64,000 nucleotides of DNA from an uncultured Hormoscilla sp. (lineage in GTDB: Bacteria; Cyanobacteriota; Cyanobacteriia; Cyanobacteriales; Desertifilaceae). Under the pieces are notes generated by a model. That model searched no databases and was not told where the DNA came from. It was given only the letters and a program-made list of their open reading frames with translations. Each line of letters starts with the position of its first letter. Position 1 is the stretch's first letter. Position numbers and translations under genes: made by a program. The stretch is taken from contig OZ001293.3 in NCBI GenBank assembly GCA_963921275.4, positions 3,296,001-3,360,000 on the forward strand, read 5' to 3'. Of this stretch, positions 25,979-38,007 are shown one piece after another.

Positions 25979-27427
25979 TGCAATAACATTTTTAGCTAAA
26001 ATCCACACTCCCGCTCAGGGTTGCGCCAGCGCAATGGTTGCGCGTGGGATGCCCACAGTCTCGTGGGAGGTGTTTTCCCCAGGGATAAAAACAGAAATGC
26101 TCACCTTGCAAGCTAGGCATTTTCAATAAGCTGTCTCTATTGCAGTGAGCAGTTACGTTTCTCGCGGTTTATTGATGGTTTTGTCTCCGACATTGGAGCT
26201 GCATATACTTTTAATTTTTAATCTTTAATATAAATTACTTAGATGAAAAAATAAATAGATTTTGCAAACAAATATTTGCCAACTGGATAGTGAAAAGTTA
26301 TAGTTGGAATGGCGCCGAGTAAAGTTAACAGACAATCCTCTCTGTTAAAGGCTTTGCTCCCCCTCGATGCTTTCTGGAGACGAATTTATTCATTCATTAG
26401 CCAGGTCAACATTTAGCTAAAATAGGTAGATATCGATCTTGAAGAGTTAGACGGACAATAAGTTGCTGTGGGGTAGCCATGTAAGGGAAGGGTTTCGATG
26501 TCTCTGCTCCTTGCTCTTGTCCCAGGGGACTCGGCACACAGGAGACATCGCGGAACCAACGGGGAAAACCTCGCGCCTCTATCTACTGACATTTCTCAAC
26601 GAGCGCAATTGTAAGATTCCCAAAGGGCGTTAAGGTTAACAAAACGCTCCATAGCAACAATCTTACGCTTGACAAGTGGACGCTCTTTTTCAGGGAACTG
26701 GTCAAGGATAAGATTTTTAGGCTACCTAGAGCATCGGAAAGCGTACAACTTCTTTATGGCTGCGCCCCGGAGCGTAGCGTGGCGCAGCCATGGGCAGCGC
26801 TATGGGTAAAATCATGAGGGGTCCAGGGAGGTCCTTACAGGGGTATGTTTTTTAGATTTTGGTTTGTTTGAGGGGGTGAGGGGGTGAGGGGGTGAGGGGG
26901 TGAAGGGGTATAAAAGGTAAATCAACATGGCTCTATAATAGACAATTATCACCAAAGGCCAGCTCCCACTCCCCCACTCTCCCACTCTCCCCCTCAGTTG
27001 GATCTGGTAAAAATTCAAAACATACCCTTGAAAGAGAGGGAGGTCCAGGGAGAGGGGGAGGCGAGAAGATGTTGATTTTTCGTGTTCTGCATAGATGGAG
27101 AGAAAATGTCGGCGTATTATTAATGGACCGACGCTCTAGTAGTGTAAGACTTTTCATCCAGAACCGATAGCTGAAACCCCATAACAAGGTTTGGGAGAGT
27201 ACGAAAAGTCACCTCAAGAAAGAACCGCCATCCGCTTCAATAATTTCGGACCCGGATAGAGTGATATCTGTTGACATTCGATGTGCTCGGGGCGCCCATG
27301 GCTGCGCCACGCTACGGGATAGTCGCACGCTCTTCGAGCACATCGAAGAATCATTTGCTTGCCACAAGGTAGTACAGTCAATACAAACCTTACCTGATGT
27401 TTTGGACTTCGATAATGTAAGTCACGC

Positions 27428-28654
27428 TCTGGACGGAATGGGTGGTATGAAGCGTGCGATCGCCTGGGGCAGTTACCAGTTTTCATATCAGATGTGGCGA
27501 GGGCTTGGGAGCAAGCAGATAGGGATTTTGAGTCCAGTCCCAGTCGGGCGATCGGTTTACAATGTCGCTATGCACTGATAATGAGTTCTCTCAATACTTT
27601 GGCGGCTAGTATCCCTGCTGGGCGTTGCACATTTTGGGGATGATGCCATTGTTTGCACATAACTGAAAGTGGCTTATAGTCTACGTTTAAGACTTATGCA
27701 AAGAGACCCATCATCCCGTCCGAAGTGCAACGCCCCCTGCTGAACTAATGGCAGCGTTGGTGGATAAAGGGGTGTGGACGCCAGCTCAAGGACTAGCCTA
27801 TGCGCGGCAAGTTCAACATCCGGGCGATCGGGCAAAAGCTTTGGGAGAATTAGCAGGTCACTTACCAAAAATCCTATTATCAGAAGCACTTGATATTGCC
27901 AGAGCGATTTCGGATGAGTCTCCCCGAGCAGAAGCCCTCAATGCTCTAGCAGCCCACTTGCCAGAAAATCTCTTACAAGAAGCCCTCGATACTACTCGGG
28001 CGATTCCAGATAAGGAGACTGCTCGGGGAATTCCAGATAAGGAGAACCGAGCAGAAGCCCTCATAGCTCTAGCAGCCCGCTTACCAGAAATTGTACCCAT
28101 TGCACTCGATACTGCTCGGGCGATTCAATCTGAGTATCGCCGAGCAGAAGCCCTCGGTGATCTAGCAGCCCACTTACCAGAAAATCTCTTACCCATTGCA
28201 CTCGATACTGCGCTTGGCGATACTGCGCTTGGCGATTTCATATGGCCGAGCAAAAGCCCTCAGTGGTCTAGCAACCCACTTCCCAGAACTCATACCAGAA
28301 GCACTCGATACTGCGCTTAATGATTCAATCTGAGTTTGGGTAAATGATTGTTCTCAGTGCTCTAGCAGTCCACTTACCAGAAAATTTATTACCCATTGCA
28401 CTCGATACTGCTCGGGAGATTCAAGAACCATATTACCGATCGGACGCCTTTAGCGGAATAGCGTGGGAACTAAAACGTTTGCCCGTTAATTTCTTTCTCT
28501 GGAAAGATATGCTCCATACTTTAGCCTGCCGCGATCTCGACTTTTTTTGTCAGACCTGGTTGAGTTAGTCCCTGTTACGATCGAGCTGGGCGGTGTGAAG
28601 TCTCTCCCAGAAATAGCCCGTGCCATTGTTGATGTGGGGCGGCAGTGGCCCTGA
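27428..28654 (+). pseudogene. C-terminal part of an NB-ARC/STAND-type protein with helical repeats
   Basis: NGWYEACDRLGQ..FISDVARAW..GLQCRYAL..LAASIPA[MITE]ELMAALV..WTPAQGLAYARQ, then ALDTARAIQ..RAEAL repeats; frameshifts. Confidence 0.72.
27621..27734. mobile_element. MITE family 2, copy 2
   Basis: Same TIRs as 24323; 8-bp TSD CCCTGCTG. Confidence 0.88.
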
Positions 28655-28956
28655 AGGAACCGCCCCTTTGACAGTCGGCGCGATCGCCTGTGGGGGATGG
28701 GTGCGATATCGGGGGCCTCCGGGTGCGATCGGGGCACAGCGTCAGCGTGTCTGTTACATTGGCAATAGGAAGCAAAGAGCGAGCGATGCCGTGCCCCGGC
28801 GCAACCCGAAGATGTCAGATGTGACTGCTTTGTGCCCCGGCGCCATGGGAAAGTGACCGTGAGGCGATCGGGGAATTATTAATTATTATCAACAATTACC
28901 CCGATCGCCCCCAAATAAGGTAAAATTAAAATAGCGCTCAATCTAGGAGAGATATC

Positions 28957-29742
28957 ATGAGTACACAAGCAGTGATAACCAAGACAGACTGCTGGGAGCC
29001 AGATGTTAGTAATCTAGTCACAGAGGATGACACGGACAATTTGTGCTCGGAAAAACAACAACGCCTCTTGGCAAACTCAATTTACAGTTCACCCCCAAGG
29101 CAGAAATTTTTAGCAGCAGCAAATGTCGGTCGATTCCATACATTGAAAGAACCAGCGATCGTGCCAGATGTATTATTAAGTTTGGATATAACGGTTCCGC
29201 AAGATTAGTGGAACAAGCCAAACGGTTCTTACATGGTGTGGAACTATGGAAAACCGCCAGAAGTGGTAATTGAAATTGTCTCGAACAAGAAGGGCGAAGA
29301 ACTGGGAGAAAAACTCAAGACTTATGCCAAAATAGGGGTAAAATACTACATAGTGTATGACCCCAGCCAGCAATTGGGAAAAAAAGTATTGCGAGTGCAT
29401 GAACTCAGGGAAAGGCGCTACGAGGAAACCAATAAAACTTGGCTCTTAGAAGTCGGGCTGGGCGTAACTCTCTGGTCAGGGGTGTTTGAAGGCAGGCATG
29501 ATGTATGGTTGCGTTGGTGCGATCGGGAGGGGAATGTTCTCCTGACAGGAGACGAACGTGCATCTCAAGAAAAACAACGTGCATCTCAAGAAAAACAACG
29601 TGCATCTCAAGCGGAACAACGTGTATCTCAAGCGGAACAACGTGCATCTCAAGCGGAACAACGTGCATCTCAAGCAGAACAACTTGCCAAAATACTGGCA
29701 GAAAAGTTGCAAGAGTTGGGTATCGATCCAGATACTCTCTAA
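28957..29742 (+). pseudogene. Uma2 family endonuclease with in-frame TAG (29206-29208) and C-terminal RASQAEQ repeats
   Basis: PDVSNLVTEDD..AIVPDVLLSL * YMVWNYGKPPEVVIEIVSN..WLRWCDREG; 21-bp repeats at ~29554-29683. Confidence 0.85.
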
Positions 29743-30113
29743 AGAGGTTCGCTTCAATTGCCCGATCGGGCAACTAATTAAGGTGTAGTCGTAGGTTGGG
29801 TTGACGAGAGGAAACCCAACCAGCGATGGTTACCCTCGTTACCAAGCTACCAGGGAACCCGGTTTCTCAGGGTTCGATATCTCTGCTCCTTGCTCTTGTC
29901 CCAGGGGACATGGCACACAGGAGACATCGCTGACTCGTTGGGACCAGAAACCGGGTTAAAATATCGGTTGGGGTGCCCAGATGGTCGCCCCAAACCCGAT
30001 TTCAAGCTTAGTTGGCGCGACCCGATCTCCTCCCGACGATGGTGGGCGGTGCCCACCCTACAACAGGTTAAGATGTGAATGTTGTTATAGTAAGCGATCG
30101 ACACAGAAAGGTC

Positions 30114-32741
30114 ATGTCTTCACCAGCGCCATACCTGAGCGGTAGCGAAATAAAAGCTAAGTTCCTGGAATTCTACCAGCAGCGAGCACATCAAATCCTC
30201 CCCAGCGCCTCCTTGGTGCCGGAAGACCCGACGGTGCTGCTCACCATCGCCGGGATGCTACAATTTAAGCCCATATTCCTGGGACAGCGCCCTGCGCCAG
30301 TGCCTCGGGCCACCACTTCCCAAAAATGTATCCGCACTAACGATATCGAAAATGTGGGTCGCACTGCTAGACACCACACTTTCTTTGAGATGCTGGGTAA
30401 CTTCAGCTTTGGAGATTACTTTAAGTCTGAGGCGATCGCCTGGGCCTGGGAGTTATCGACCCAACTGTTCGAGTTACCGCCCGATCGCCTAATAGTCAGC
30501 GTGTTCGAGTCCGACGACGAAGCATTTGCCATCTGGCAAGATAAAATAGGCATCCCAGCACATCGGATCCAACGGATGGGAGAAGAGGATAACTTCTGGG
30601 CCTCGGGTCCGACCGGTCCTTGCGGTCCCTGTTCGGAAATTTACTACGACTTTCACTCGGAACTGGGGGACGAGAACATCGACTTGGAGGATGACACCCG
30701 ATTCATCGAGTTCTATAACTTGGTGTTCATGCAGTACAACCGAGACAGCGAGGGGAACCTCACCCCCCTGGAGAAGCAAAACATCGACACGGGGATGGGG
30801 TTGGAGAGGATGGCCCAGATCCTGCAACAGGTCCCCAATAACTATGAAACGGACTTGATCTTCCCGATCGTGAAGACGGCAGCAGAGATTGCAGGCATTG
30901 ACTATAGTAAAAGTGACGCCAAGACGCAAGTTTCTCTGAAGGTGATCGGCGACCACGTCCGGGCCGTGGTGCATCTGATCGCTGATGGGGTCACCGCTTC
31001 TAATATCGGCAGGGGTTACGTGTTGCGCAGGTTAATTCGGCGGGTGGTGCGCCACGGACGGTTGCTGGGCATTACAGGGGAGTTTACTACTAAGGTCGCT
31101 GAAACGGCGATCGCCCTCTCGGAAGCTGTCTATCCGCAGGTGCGCCAGGGTGCAGATCGGGTGAAAGCAGAACTGCAACGGGAAGAGTTGCGGTTTCTGG
31201 AGACCCTGGAACGGGGGGAGAAGCTGCTAGCAGAGATTTTAGGGAAAAAGCCCCAACAGATTTCCGGAGTCGATGCCTTTATCCTCTACGATACCTATGG
31301 TTTCCCCTTGGAACTGACTCAGGAGATTGCCGAAGAACAGGGTTTGACGGTAGATACTGCCGGGTTCGAGTCGGAAATGGCGAAACAGCGCCAGCGTTCC
31401 CAAGACGCCCATGAAACTATTGACTTGACTGTACAAGGTTCTCTGGATAAGTTAGCCGAACAGATCGGCGGGACGGAGTTTCTGGGTTATAGTCAAGTAG
31501 GCGCGGACGGGCGAGTGGAAGCGATCCTGGTAAATGGCGTATCCGTAGAAAAGGCCCAGGCCGGAGAGGATGTGCAGGTGCTGCTATCCCAAACTCCATT
31601 CTATGCCGAATCCGGGGGACAAATAGGCGATCGGGGATACCTGTCGGGGGATGAAGTTCTCATCAGCATATCGGACGTGCAAAAAGAATCGCATTTCTTC
31701 GTGCATGTGGGACAGATAGAACGAGGAACCCTAAAAGTGGGCGATCGGGTGACGGCCCAGATCGATCGGGCCTGTCGCCGCCGGGCCCAAGCAAATCATA
31801 CTGCAACCCACCTATTACAAGCAGCCTTGAGGAAAATTGTCGATGGAGCGATCTCCCAGGCCGGTTCCCTGGTAGACTTCGATCGATTGCGGTTTGACTT
31901 CAACTGCGGGCGTCCTGTTACCCCCGAGGAATTACAACATATAGAAGACCAGATTAACAGTTGGATCGCCGAGGGTCACGAGGCGGAAATCGCCGTGATG
32001 CCCATCGCCCAAGCTAAGGAGAAAGGTGCGATCGCGATGTTCGGGGAAAAATACGGTGCCCAAGTGCGAGTAGTGGACTATCCGGGAGTATCGATGGAAC
32101 TGTGCGGGGGAACCCATGTCCAGAATACCGCCGAAATCGGCTTGTTCAAAATTATTTCCGAAACCGGGATAGCATCGGGGAGACGTCGGATCGAAGCTGT
32201 GGCGGGAGGTTCCGTGCTAGAATACTTGCAGGTCCGAGATAAGGTGGTCCGGGAATTGGGCGATCGCCTGAAAGCGAAACCCGAAGAATTGCCCGATCGG
32301 ATAATCAGCTTGCAAAACGAACTGAAAGCGACGCAAAAAGAGTTAGAAGTAGTCAAGCAGGAATTGGCGATCGGGAAATCGGAGCAATTAGTGAGGACAG
32401 CAGAGACAGTAGGGAGTTACCAAATCATAGTAGCGCAGATGGATGTGGATGCAGCATCATTGAAGAAATCAGCAGAAACATTGCTGCAAAAACTGGGAAG
32501 TGGCGCGGTAGTATTGGGATCGGTGCCCGAAAGCGAAAAAGTGAGTTTAGTAGCAGCATTCAGCAAAGAGGTGAACCAGAAAGGATTGCAAGCAGGGAAA
32601 TTCATTGGAGAAATAGCGAAAATCTGTGGAGGAGGAGGGGGGGGACGCCCGAACCTGGCCCAAGCAGGGGGACGGGATCCCAGTAAACTGAAACAAGCTT
32701 TAGAAACTGCCCGCAAGCAGTTATTAGAAGATTTGCAATAG
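30114..32741 (+). CDS. alaS: alanine--tRNA ligase
   Basis: [51 protein letters not shown]. Confidence 0.99.
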   Translation: MSSPAPYLSGSEIKAKFLEFYQQRAHQILPSASLVPEDPTVLLTIAGMLQFKPIFLGQRPAPVPRATTSQKCIRTNDIENVGRTARHHTFFEMLGNFSFGDYFKSEAIAWAWELSTQLFELPPDRLIVSVFESDDEAFAIWQDKIGIPAHRIQRMGEEDNFWASGPTGPCGPCSEIYYDFHSELGDENIDLEDDTRFIEFYNLVFMQYNRDSEGNLTPLEKQNIDTGMGLERMAQILQQVPNNYETDLIFPIVKTAAEIAGIDYSKSDAKTQVSLKVIGDHVRAVVHLIADGVTASNIGRGYVLRRLIRRVVRHGRLLGITGEFTTKVAETAIALSEAVYPQVRQGADRVKAELQREELRFLETLERGEKLLAEILGKKPQQISGVDAFILYDTYGFPLELTQEIAEEQGLTVDTAGFESEMAKQRQRSQDAHETIDLTVQGSLDKLAEQIGGTEFLGYSQVGADGRVEAILVNGVSVEKAQAGEDVQVLLSQTPFYAESGGQIGDRGYLSGDEVLISISDVQKESHFFVHVGQIERGTLKVGDRVTAQIDRACRRRAQANHTATHLLQAALRKIVDGAISQAGSLVDFDRLRFDFNCGRPVTPEELQHIEDQINSWIAEGHEAEIAVMPIAQAKEKGAIAMFGEKYGAQVRVVDYPGVSMELCGGTHVQNTAEIGLFKIISETGIASGRRRIEAVAGGSVLEYLQVRDKVVRELGDRLKAKPEELPDRIISLQNELKATQKELEVVKQELAIGKSEQLVRTAETVGSYQIIVAQMDVDAASLKKSAETLLQKLGSGAVVLGSVPESEKVSLVAAFSKEVNQKGLQAGKFIGEIAKICGGGGGGRPNLAQAGGRDPSKLKQALETARKQLLEDLQ

Positions 32742-33108
32742 TTGCGGATCCCCCCCAACCCCCCCTTTTGCAACTATGCTTTACTCACATCTTTCTTAAC
32801 ATTTCTCGCTCTGGCCACTCTGGAGGCTGGAACCCTCATTAATTCGTGCGGCATTCTCAATAATGCATGGCTGCTCCACGCTACGCGATCATAATTTATC
32901 AAGAATCAGAGAGAGATTTTTGTCAACCCCAACTCTAATCGGCAAGGATCGAAACGCTTGCGCCGTAAGGCTTTCAGGATTGTTAAGAATTATGTGAGTA
33001 ATGGTAAGCTTTTGCAAGGGGGGGCTTAGACATAATCGTAGGTTGGGTAGAGGAACGAAACCCAACCGATGTAGGGTGGAATGTCACTGACATAAGCGGA
33101 AACGTTGA

Positions 33109-33600
33109 ATGCAAGAACTTTCTGGTGCTGGTGGAAATTGGCGAGTTATTGATGAGGCGATCGATCCGACGGTCGTGCAGCAGCAAGACAGCTTGTCTTG
33201 CGGTCCCGCCTGTGGTGAAATGTTGCTCCGCGATCGAGGAGTTAATGATGTCGCTCAGTCTATAATTGCATATGAAACAGGCGTTCCCGTAGATGTTGCG
33301 TATCTAGCTCGCGTACTTAACCAGATCGATCGGAGTAATATTGGCCTGTGGCGCGGCGGTAATTTTGTATCCGACGATATGTCTGCTATGCTTGACCGGT
33401 TAATAGCTAAAGGATCCTGGGCAGCAGAAATGAAGGAATTTGGCAATTCTATTGCTCACCTAGTTGTTGTCGATGGTTTCGACGCTCTAGGATTTGTAAA
33501 GATTCGAGATCCTTGGAATCAGACAAGATATAAAATGGAGAAAAAAGAGTTCTTAAATTACTGGACTACAAGAGGAATTTATCTGGAGCATAATTCATGA
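33109..33600 (+). CDS. C39-like / papain-fold cysteine peptidase
   Basis: QQQDSLSCGPAC, AHLVVVDG, IRDPW catalytic pattern. Confidence 0.75.
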   Translation: MQELSGAGGNWRVIDEAIDPTVVQQQDSLSCGPACGEMLLRDRGVNDVAQSIIAYETGVPVDVAYLARVLNQIDRSNIGLWRGGNFVSDDMSAMLDRLIAKGSWAAEMKEFGNSIAHLVVVDGFDALGFVKIRDPWNQTRYKMEKKEFLNYWTTRGIYLEHNS

Positions 33601-33923
33601 ACGCAATTGTACTTTTAATTCAGCAGACAGCAGGAACGAATGAATTTAGCGTTTTTATATCAATAGGGGACTCGCGGGAGCAATTTACCTTCACAGTTGA
33701 GCATCCTCCGCAAGAACCATTCTTTGTTGTCAGCGGTGACAATCAATTCTGCCAATTTTTTAGATTAAATCAACAGATATCAGCTAAAGTTGGGGAATTG
33801 GTGGGAGAAATTTATTTAGGTAAAAGCGTTGAATTTCCAGCTCATGTAGGGACTTTCTTGACACCTAAAGAGGCGCTCGCGATGCAGAAACCTTTTCCAA
33901 AGCAACCGGCGCTCAAAAGGTGA
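33597..33923 (+). CDS. hypothetical protein, translationally coupled to the peptidase
   Basis: ATGA overlap; 108 aa. Confidence 0.65.
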   Translation: MNAIVLLIQQTAGTNEFSVFISIGDSREQFTFTVEHPPQEPFFVVSGDNQFCQFFRLNQQISAKVGELVGEIYLGKSVEFPAHVGTFLTPKEALAMQKPFPKQPALKR

Positions 33924-34007
33924 TAGGGTGGGCGATGCCCACCAGGTTGTGATAAAAAAGTAGGGTGGGCATCGCCCACCAGATTGTGATCAAAACAAGT
34001 AATGCTT

Positions 34008-34625
34008 TTAATTGCCAGCGCGAAAAATCTGTTCGACAGTCAAATTAAATTCGGGAAAAGCTGGAGATTCAATGGGGTTATTTCCCCGAAATTGACTGAC
34101 TTGGTACTCGTCGTCTACAAGTTGATATACAGAAATAGTCTGTTGCTTGGGGTTGCCAATAAACCGCCTGCCACCTAATGCCAGGTAGTCAACGATCCAG
34201 TATTCAGAGATACCCATTTCTTCATAATCTCCAGCTTTGAAAAAATAGTCATCGCGCCAATTGGTACTTACTACTTCAACAATGAGACTGACAGATTCAC
34301 CCATCGTAATAATAGATTCCGTCTCCCAGCGAGGTTCCTTGCTGACAGAATGCTTGTCCAGGACAATGACATCAGGTTCGTATCCAGCAAAGTCGCGAAA
34401 GGGTTTAACGACACATTCTTTGGGAATAAAGCAAGATAATTGACTGCCACGACACTGAAAATCTAGTTCTAGACTGAGAAATCCCGCAATTTCTGAATGT
34501 TTACCCCTTGGTTTCGGCATCTCAATAATAACTCCGTTGTGTAGTTCGTAGCGATGTTCTGAATTCTCTGGGTACCAGGCGATGAAATCGTCAAAGGTTA
34601 TAGGTTTGTGTTGAGATTGTGTCAT
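34008..34625 (-). CDS. Uma2 family endonuclease
   Basis: YELHNGVIIEMPKP, GYEPDVIVL, VEVVSTNWRDDY, EYWIVD. Confidence 0.9.
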   Translation of the reverse strand: MTQSQHKPITFDDFIAWYPENSEHRYELHNGVIIEMPKPRGKHSEIAGFLSLELDFQCRGSQLSCFIPKECVVKPFRDFAGYEPDVIVLDKHSVSKEPRWETESIITMGESVSLIVEVVSTNWRDDYFFKAGDYEEMGISEYWIVDYLALGGRRFIGNPKQQTISVYQLVDDEYQVSQFRGNNPIESPAFPEFNLTVEQIFRAGN

Positions 34626-35035
34626 GGGACTGTGTTATAAAGAGGGACTGGGGGAGAGTTCTGTGCTTGGGATGAGGCAAAAGCCATGTTTCCTATTGTA
34701 GGGTGGGCGATGCCCACCAGGCATCGCCCACCAGATTATGATAACAGCTATCAAAATTTAACCAAAAGTTAATGTTGATAGCAGCTCGGGGAGATAAAAT
34801 GAAGAGGGAACGTAGGAGTAGTAGAATAGTTTGGGGAGGTGAAGGAGGAAATCCTGAAACCAGGAATCCACTTCACGAACCCCCAGGGCAAACGCATCTA
34901 AATTATAGAAGCATTACTCAGATTTACCTGTGAAAAATATTCATAGTTTTAATCTGGTATCCAGTAGGCATTTCCAAATAATATCCGTTTACCCTGTGAC
35001 TAGATCGGGTACTCCCAATTTCAAATAATCTAACA

Positions 35036-35908
35036 TTGCAAAATATGAATTCATTTCAAATTGAAAAACTTAAGGAGCGAAAAGGCGCAAAGAAGCTTTC
35101 TGAAATTCCCGATGAGGTATTAAAAGCACTCAATCAAGGAAAAATAGAGACTGTCAATCTCATGGAATGGTTGGCTATTGACATACAAACGTTGCTTGGC
35201 AATGTTCTAGTGGAAATAGGTTGCGAACAGTATCTAAATCAAATTAATAAGGAGGCTCTCAAATTCAAAAATCAAAGTGCGATCGAGCAACTTAAAGGAT
35301 TTGGCGAAACTATTTTTAACATTTTGGAGAAATGTGACAACCGGGATGCAGTGTTTGAAGCACTGGCAAATCATACTTCAGACAAGATCAGGTCCTTGAG
35401 CGCTTGCAGCATTTCATATAACAAACGTTTATCTTTGCCGAAAAGGTTGCAAGTGATGCGTAGGTTTGCAACAGATCGCAATATGTCTGTCAAAGAAGAT
35501 GCCTGGTATTTCCTTCGACCTTACCTGATTGAGGATTTAAAAAAAAGCTTCGAGTTACTCATTCCCTGGGTGAAAAACGAAGATCCTAATATTCGACGCT
35601 GCGCTGTAGAAGCAACTCGACCCAGAGGAGTTTGGTGCAAACATATTCCAGCCTTGAAAGAAAATCTAGAACTAGGTTTAACCATCTTGGAATTTGTGCG
35701 ATCGGATCCAAGCAAGTACGTACAGCGTTCGGTGGGTAATTGGTTAAATGATGCCAGTAAATCTCGTCCTAACTGGGTAATTAGTACTTGTGTACGTTGG
35801 CAACAAGAATCACCGACTCAAGAAACTAATTGGATTGTTAAGCATGGCCTAAGAACTATCAACAAACAAGATTCTCGGTTTCCAAAGCAACCGGTGATCG
35901 AAAGGTGA
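35036..35908 (+). CDS. DNA alkylation repair protein (AlkC/AlkD-like HEAT repeat)
   Basis: NLMEWLAID, RRCAVEATRPRGVWCKHI, SDPSKYVQRSVGNWLNDASK. Confidence 0.85.
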   Translation: MQNMNSFQIEKLKERKGAKKLSEIPDEVLKALNQGKIETVNLMEWLAIDIQTLLGNVLVEIGCEQYLNQINKEALKFKNQSAIEQLKGFGETIFNILEKCDNRDAVFEALANHTSDKIRSLSACSISYNKRLSLPKRLQVMRRFATDRNMSVKEDAWYFLRPYLIEDLKKSFELLIPWVKNEDPNIRRCAVEATRPRGVWCKHIPALKENLELGLTILEFVRSDPSKYVQRSVGNWLNDASKSRPNWVISTCVRWQQESPTQETNWIVKHGLRTINKQDSRFPKQPVIER

Positions 35909-36018
35909 TGCCCATCGCCCACCAGATTGAGATAAAAGTTATCAAAATTTAACCAAAAGTTAATGTAGATAGCAGCTCGGGGAGATAGAATGAAGTAAGT
36001 TAAGTTGATGATAAAATT

Positions 36019-36540
36019 ATGGGATTCATATTTTCGCTGATCGTTAGCCTGATCGCATTCTCGATCGCCTTCGCGGATGTGGCGGGGGAAAAGCATCGGA
36101 AGCAAGTAAAGGCGATCGCCATGTTAATTGGCAGATGGCATTAGTGTCGATCCTCCAATTAGTCCATGTAATTCGGTCTAAATTTTTGATGGTGGTGCCG
36201 GCGGGCAACGTCGGAGTAGTAGAAGAGTTAGGGGAGGTGAAGGAGGAAGTCCTGAAACCAGGAATCCACTTCATGAACCCCGTTGCCGATGTGGTAGAAT
36301 TTTCCACGAGCCTCAAGAATGTGCAGGAACATATTGAAGCTACATCTAAGGAAGGATTGGACATCAAGATCCATGTCAGTTGACAATACAAGCTAGATCC
36401 AGAGAAAGCGGGATAAGTGTATGAAAACATTGGCACGGATGAGAGAGAAATAGTCATTGCCAGATTTAGGTTGATCGTGCGCCAAATCACAGCCAGCTAC
36501 GAATCAAAAGCAATTTATGGAGAAAAAAGGCAAGAAAAGG
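36019..36540 (+). pseudogene. SPFH/prohibitin family protein, disrupted
   Basis: VVPAGNVGVVEELG..LKPGIHFMNP..EATSKEGL with stops; truncated. Confidence 0.8.
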
Positions 36541-36697
36541 TAACGAGGAGCGAAACCTGGTTAGAGACATCCACGTTCGCCCCTGAAACATACTTGTGCA
36601 AGACCACACCCACTCCAGGGAAGCAGTTTGCCCCGACCGGGCAGTTCTAGGGTACTTTTACCTCAACCGGCACCCTAAGAGCTGCTAACCGGTGCCC

Positions 36698-36865
36698 CGG
36701 GGTTTAAAACCTCTCGGTCGGGGTTTAAAACCTCTCGGTTGGGGTTTAAAACCTCTCAGTTGGGGTTTAAAACCTCTCTGTCGGGGTTTAAAACCTCTCT
36801 GTCAGGTTTTAAAACCTCTCTGTCGGGGTTTAAAACCTCTCGGTTGGGGTTTAAAACCTCTCTGT
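36698..36865. repeat. 8 x 21-bp tandem repeat (C/T)GGGGTTTAAAACCTCTC(G/T)GT
   Basis: Direct count of contiguous units; no spacers. Confidence 0.92.
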
Positions 36866-37185
36866 CGGAGTTTTAGTGGTCTTGCGCTCGTTCGCAACGT
36901 TCACCGTTCCCTGTGAGCCGTTCGTCGTTCCCTGGGAGCGAGTTCCCCGTTTCCGGTTCCTCATTCTCCGTTAAGAGTTCCCCACTAATACAACGGTTTG
37001 CATGACCACACCCCGTCTCGCCTGCCAGCCTGTTATAGGATATCGTCGAGTTGGGGGGTGGCGCATAAAATCAGGTAAGAGACACAATAAGGAAGTTCGC
37101 AGGTTGGGATGTCGCGGGGTTGTGCATAAAATCAGGCAAGAGACAAAAAGGAAGTATAGACCAAGATTCAATAGGAAGCAGACAG

Positions 37186-37745
37186 ATGTCCCAGACTAAA
37201 ACACTAGTAAGAGAGAACAACAGCTTTGCCCTGGATCTCTATCAGCAACTGCGCAACGAGGAAGGAAACCTGTTTTTCTCTCCCTTCAGCATATCGACAG
37301 CGTTAGCGATAACTTACGCGGGAGCGAGGAACGAGACAGCAGCAGAAATGGCGCAGGTGTTGCACTTCTCCCAGGAAGGGGAGCAACTGCATAAAAACTT
37401 TGCCACGATACTGAGCGATGTGCAAACAGAATGTGGCGAGCAGGTGAGCATTGCCAACCGACTGTGGGCGCAAAAAGGAATTAATTTCCAGGAAGAATTC
37501 GTCAACATCACCAAGAACCAGTATCAAGCGCCAATTGGGTAGCACGGCAAACTCAAGAGAAGATTCAAAAACTGATTGCTGAGGGACTTCTGAACGTCGA
37601 TACGCGGTTGGTGCTGACGAATGCGATCTATTACAAAGGGGACTGGGCATTACCGTTCCGTGAGAATAATACCAGGGAAACAGCCTTCGCAATCTCTCCC
37701 GATGAGAAGGTAGAAGTGCCAATGATGTACCATCCGATCGCCCAT
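37186..37745 (+). pseudogene. serpin, truncated and frameshifted
   Basis: NNSFALDLYQQL..NLFFSPFSISTAL..YAGA; LVLTNAIYYKGDW; VEVPMMY. Confidence 0.88.
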
Positions 37746-37812
37746 TTCTGTTCCTGATTCGGGAGAATGAATCTGGCAGTATACTATTCTTGGGTCGGGT
37801 AGTGAATCTCTT

Positions 37813-37876
37813 AACCGCGCCCCAACCCAACCGCGCCCCAACCCAACCGCGCCCCAACCCAACCGCGCCCCAACCC
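37813..37876. repeat. 4 x 16-bp tandem repeat AACCGCGCCCCAACCC
   Basis: Direct count. Confidence 0.9.
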
Positions 37877-38007
37877 TAAAGGGTAGGGCTACACGAACAA
37901 AGCCCGCCTGCGCGGGCTTAATTGGTTGCATCGGAGATTTGATGTTATGATAGGTGAAACAGCTCATGTTGTCCGTCGTAGAGAGTTGACGATCGCATTT
38001 TAAGAAC

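Noticed and set aside
25980..27420. Possible further IS or gene remnants
   Set aside because: Only a lone TIR-like end (26283) and micro-repeats are recognisable; no supportable product
29206..29208. In-frame TAG as programmed readthrough or recoding
   Set aside because: A simple TGG>TAG nonsense change fits the general decay; TAG is used as a normal stop elsewhere
29405..29788. Multiple repetitive ORFs on both strands
   Set aside because: Shadows of the 21-bp RASQAEQ repeat of the Uma2 gene
36698..36865. Palindromic 21-bp repeats as a CRISPR array
   Set aside because: Units are contiguous with no unique spacers, and no cas genes are in the window
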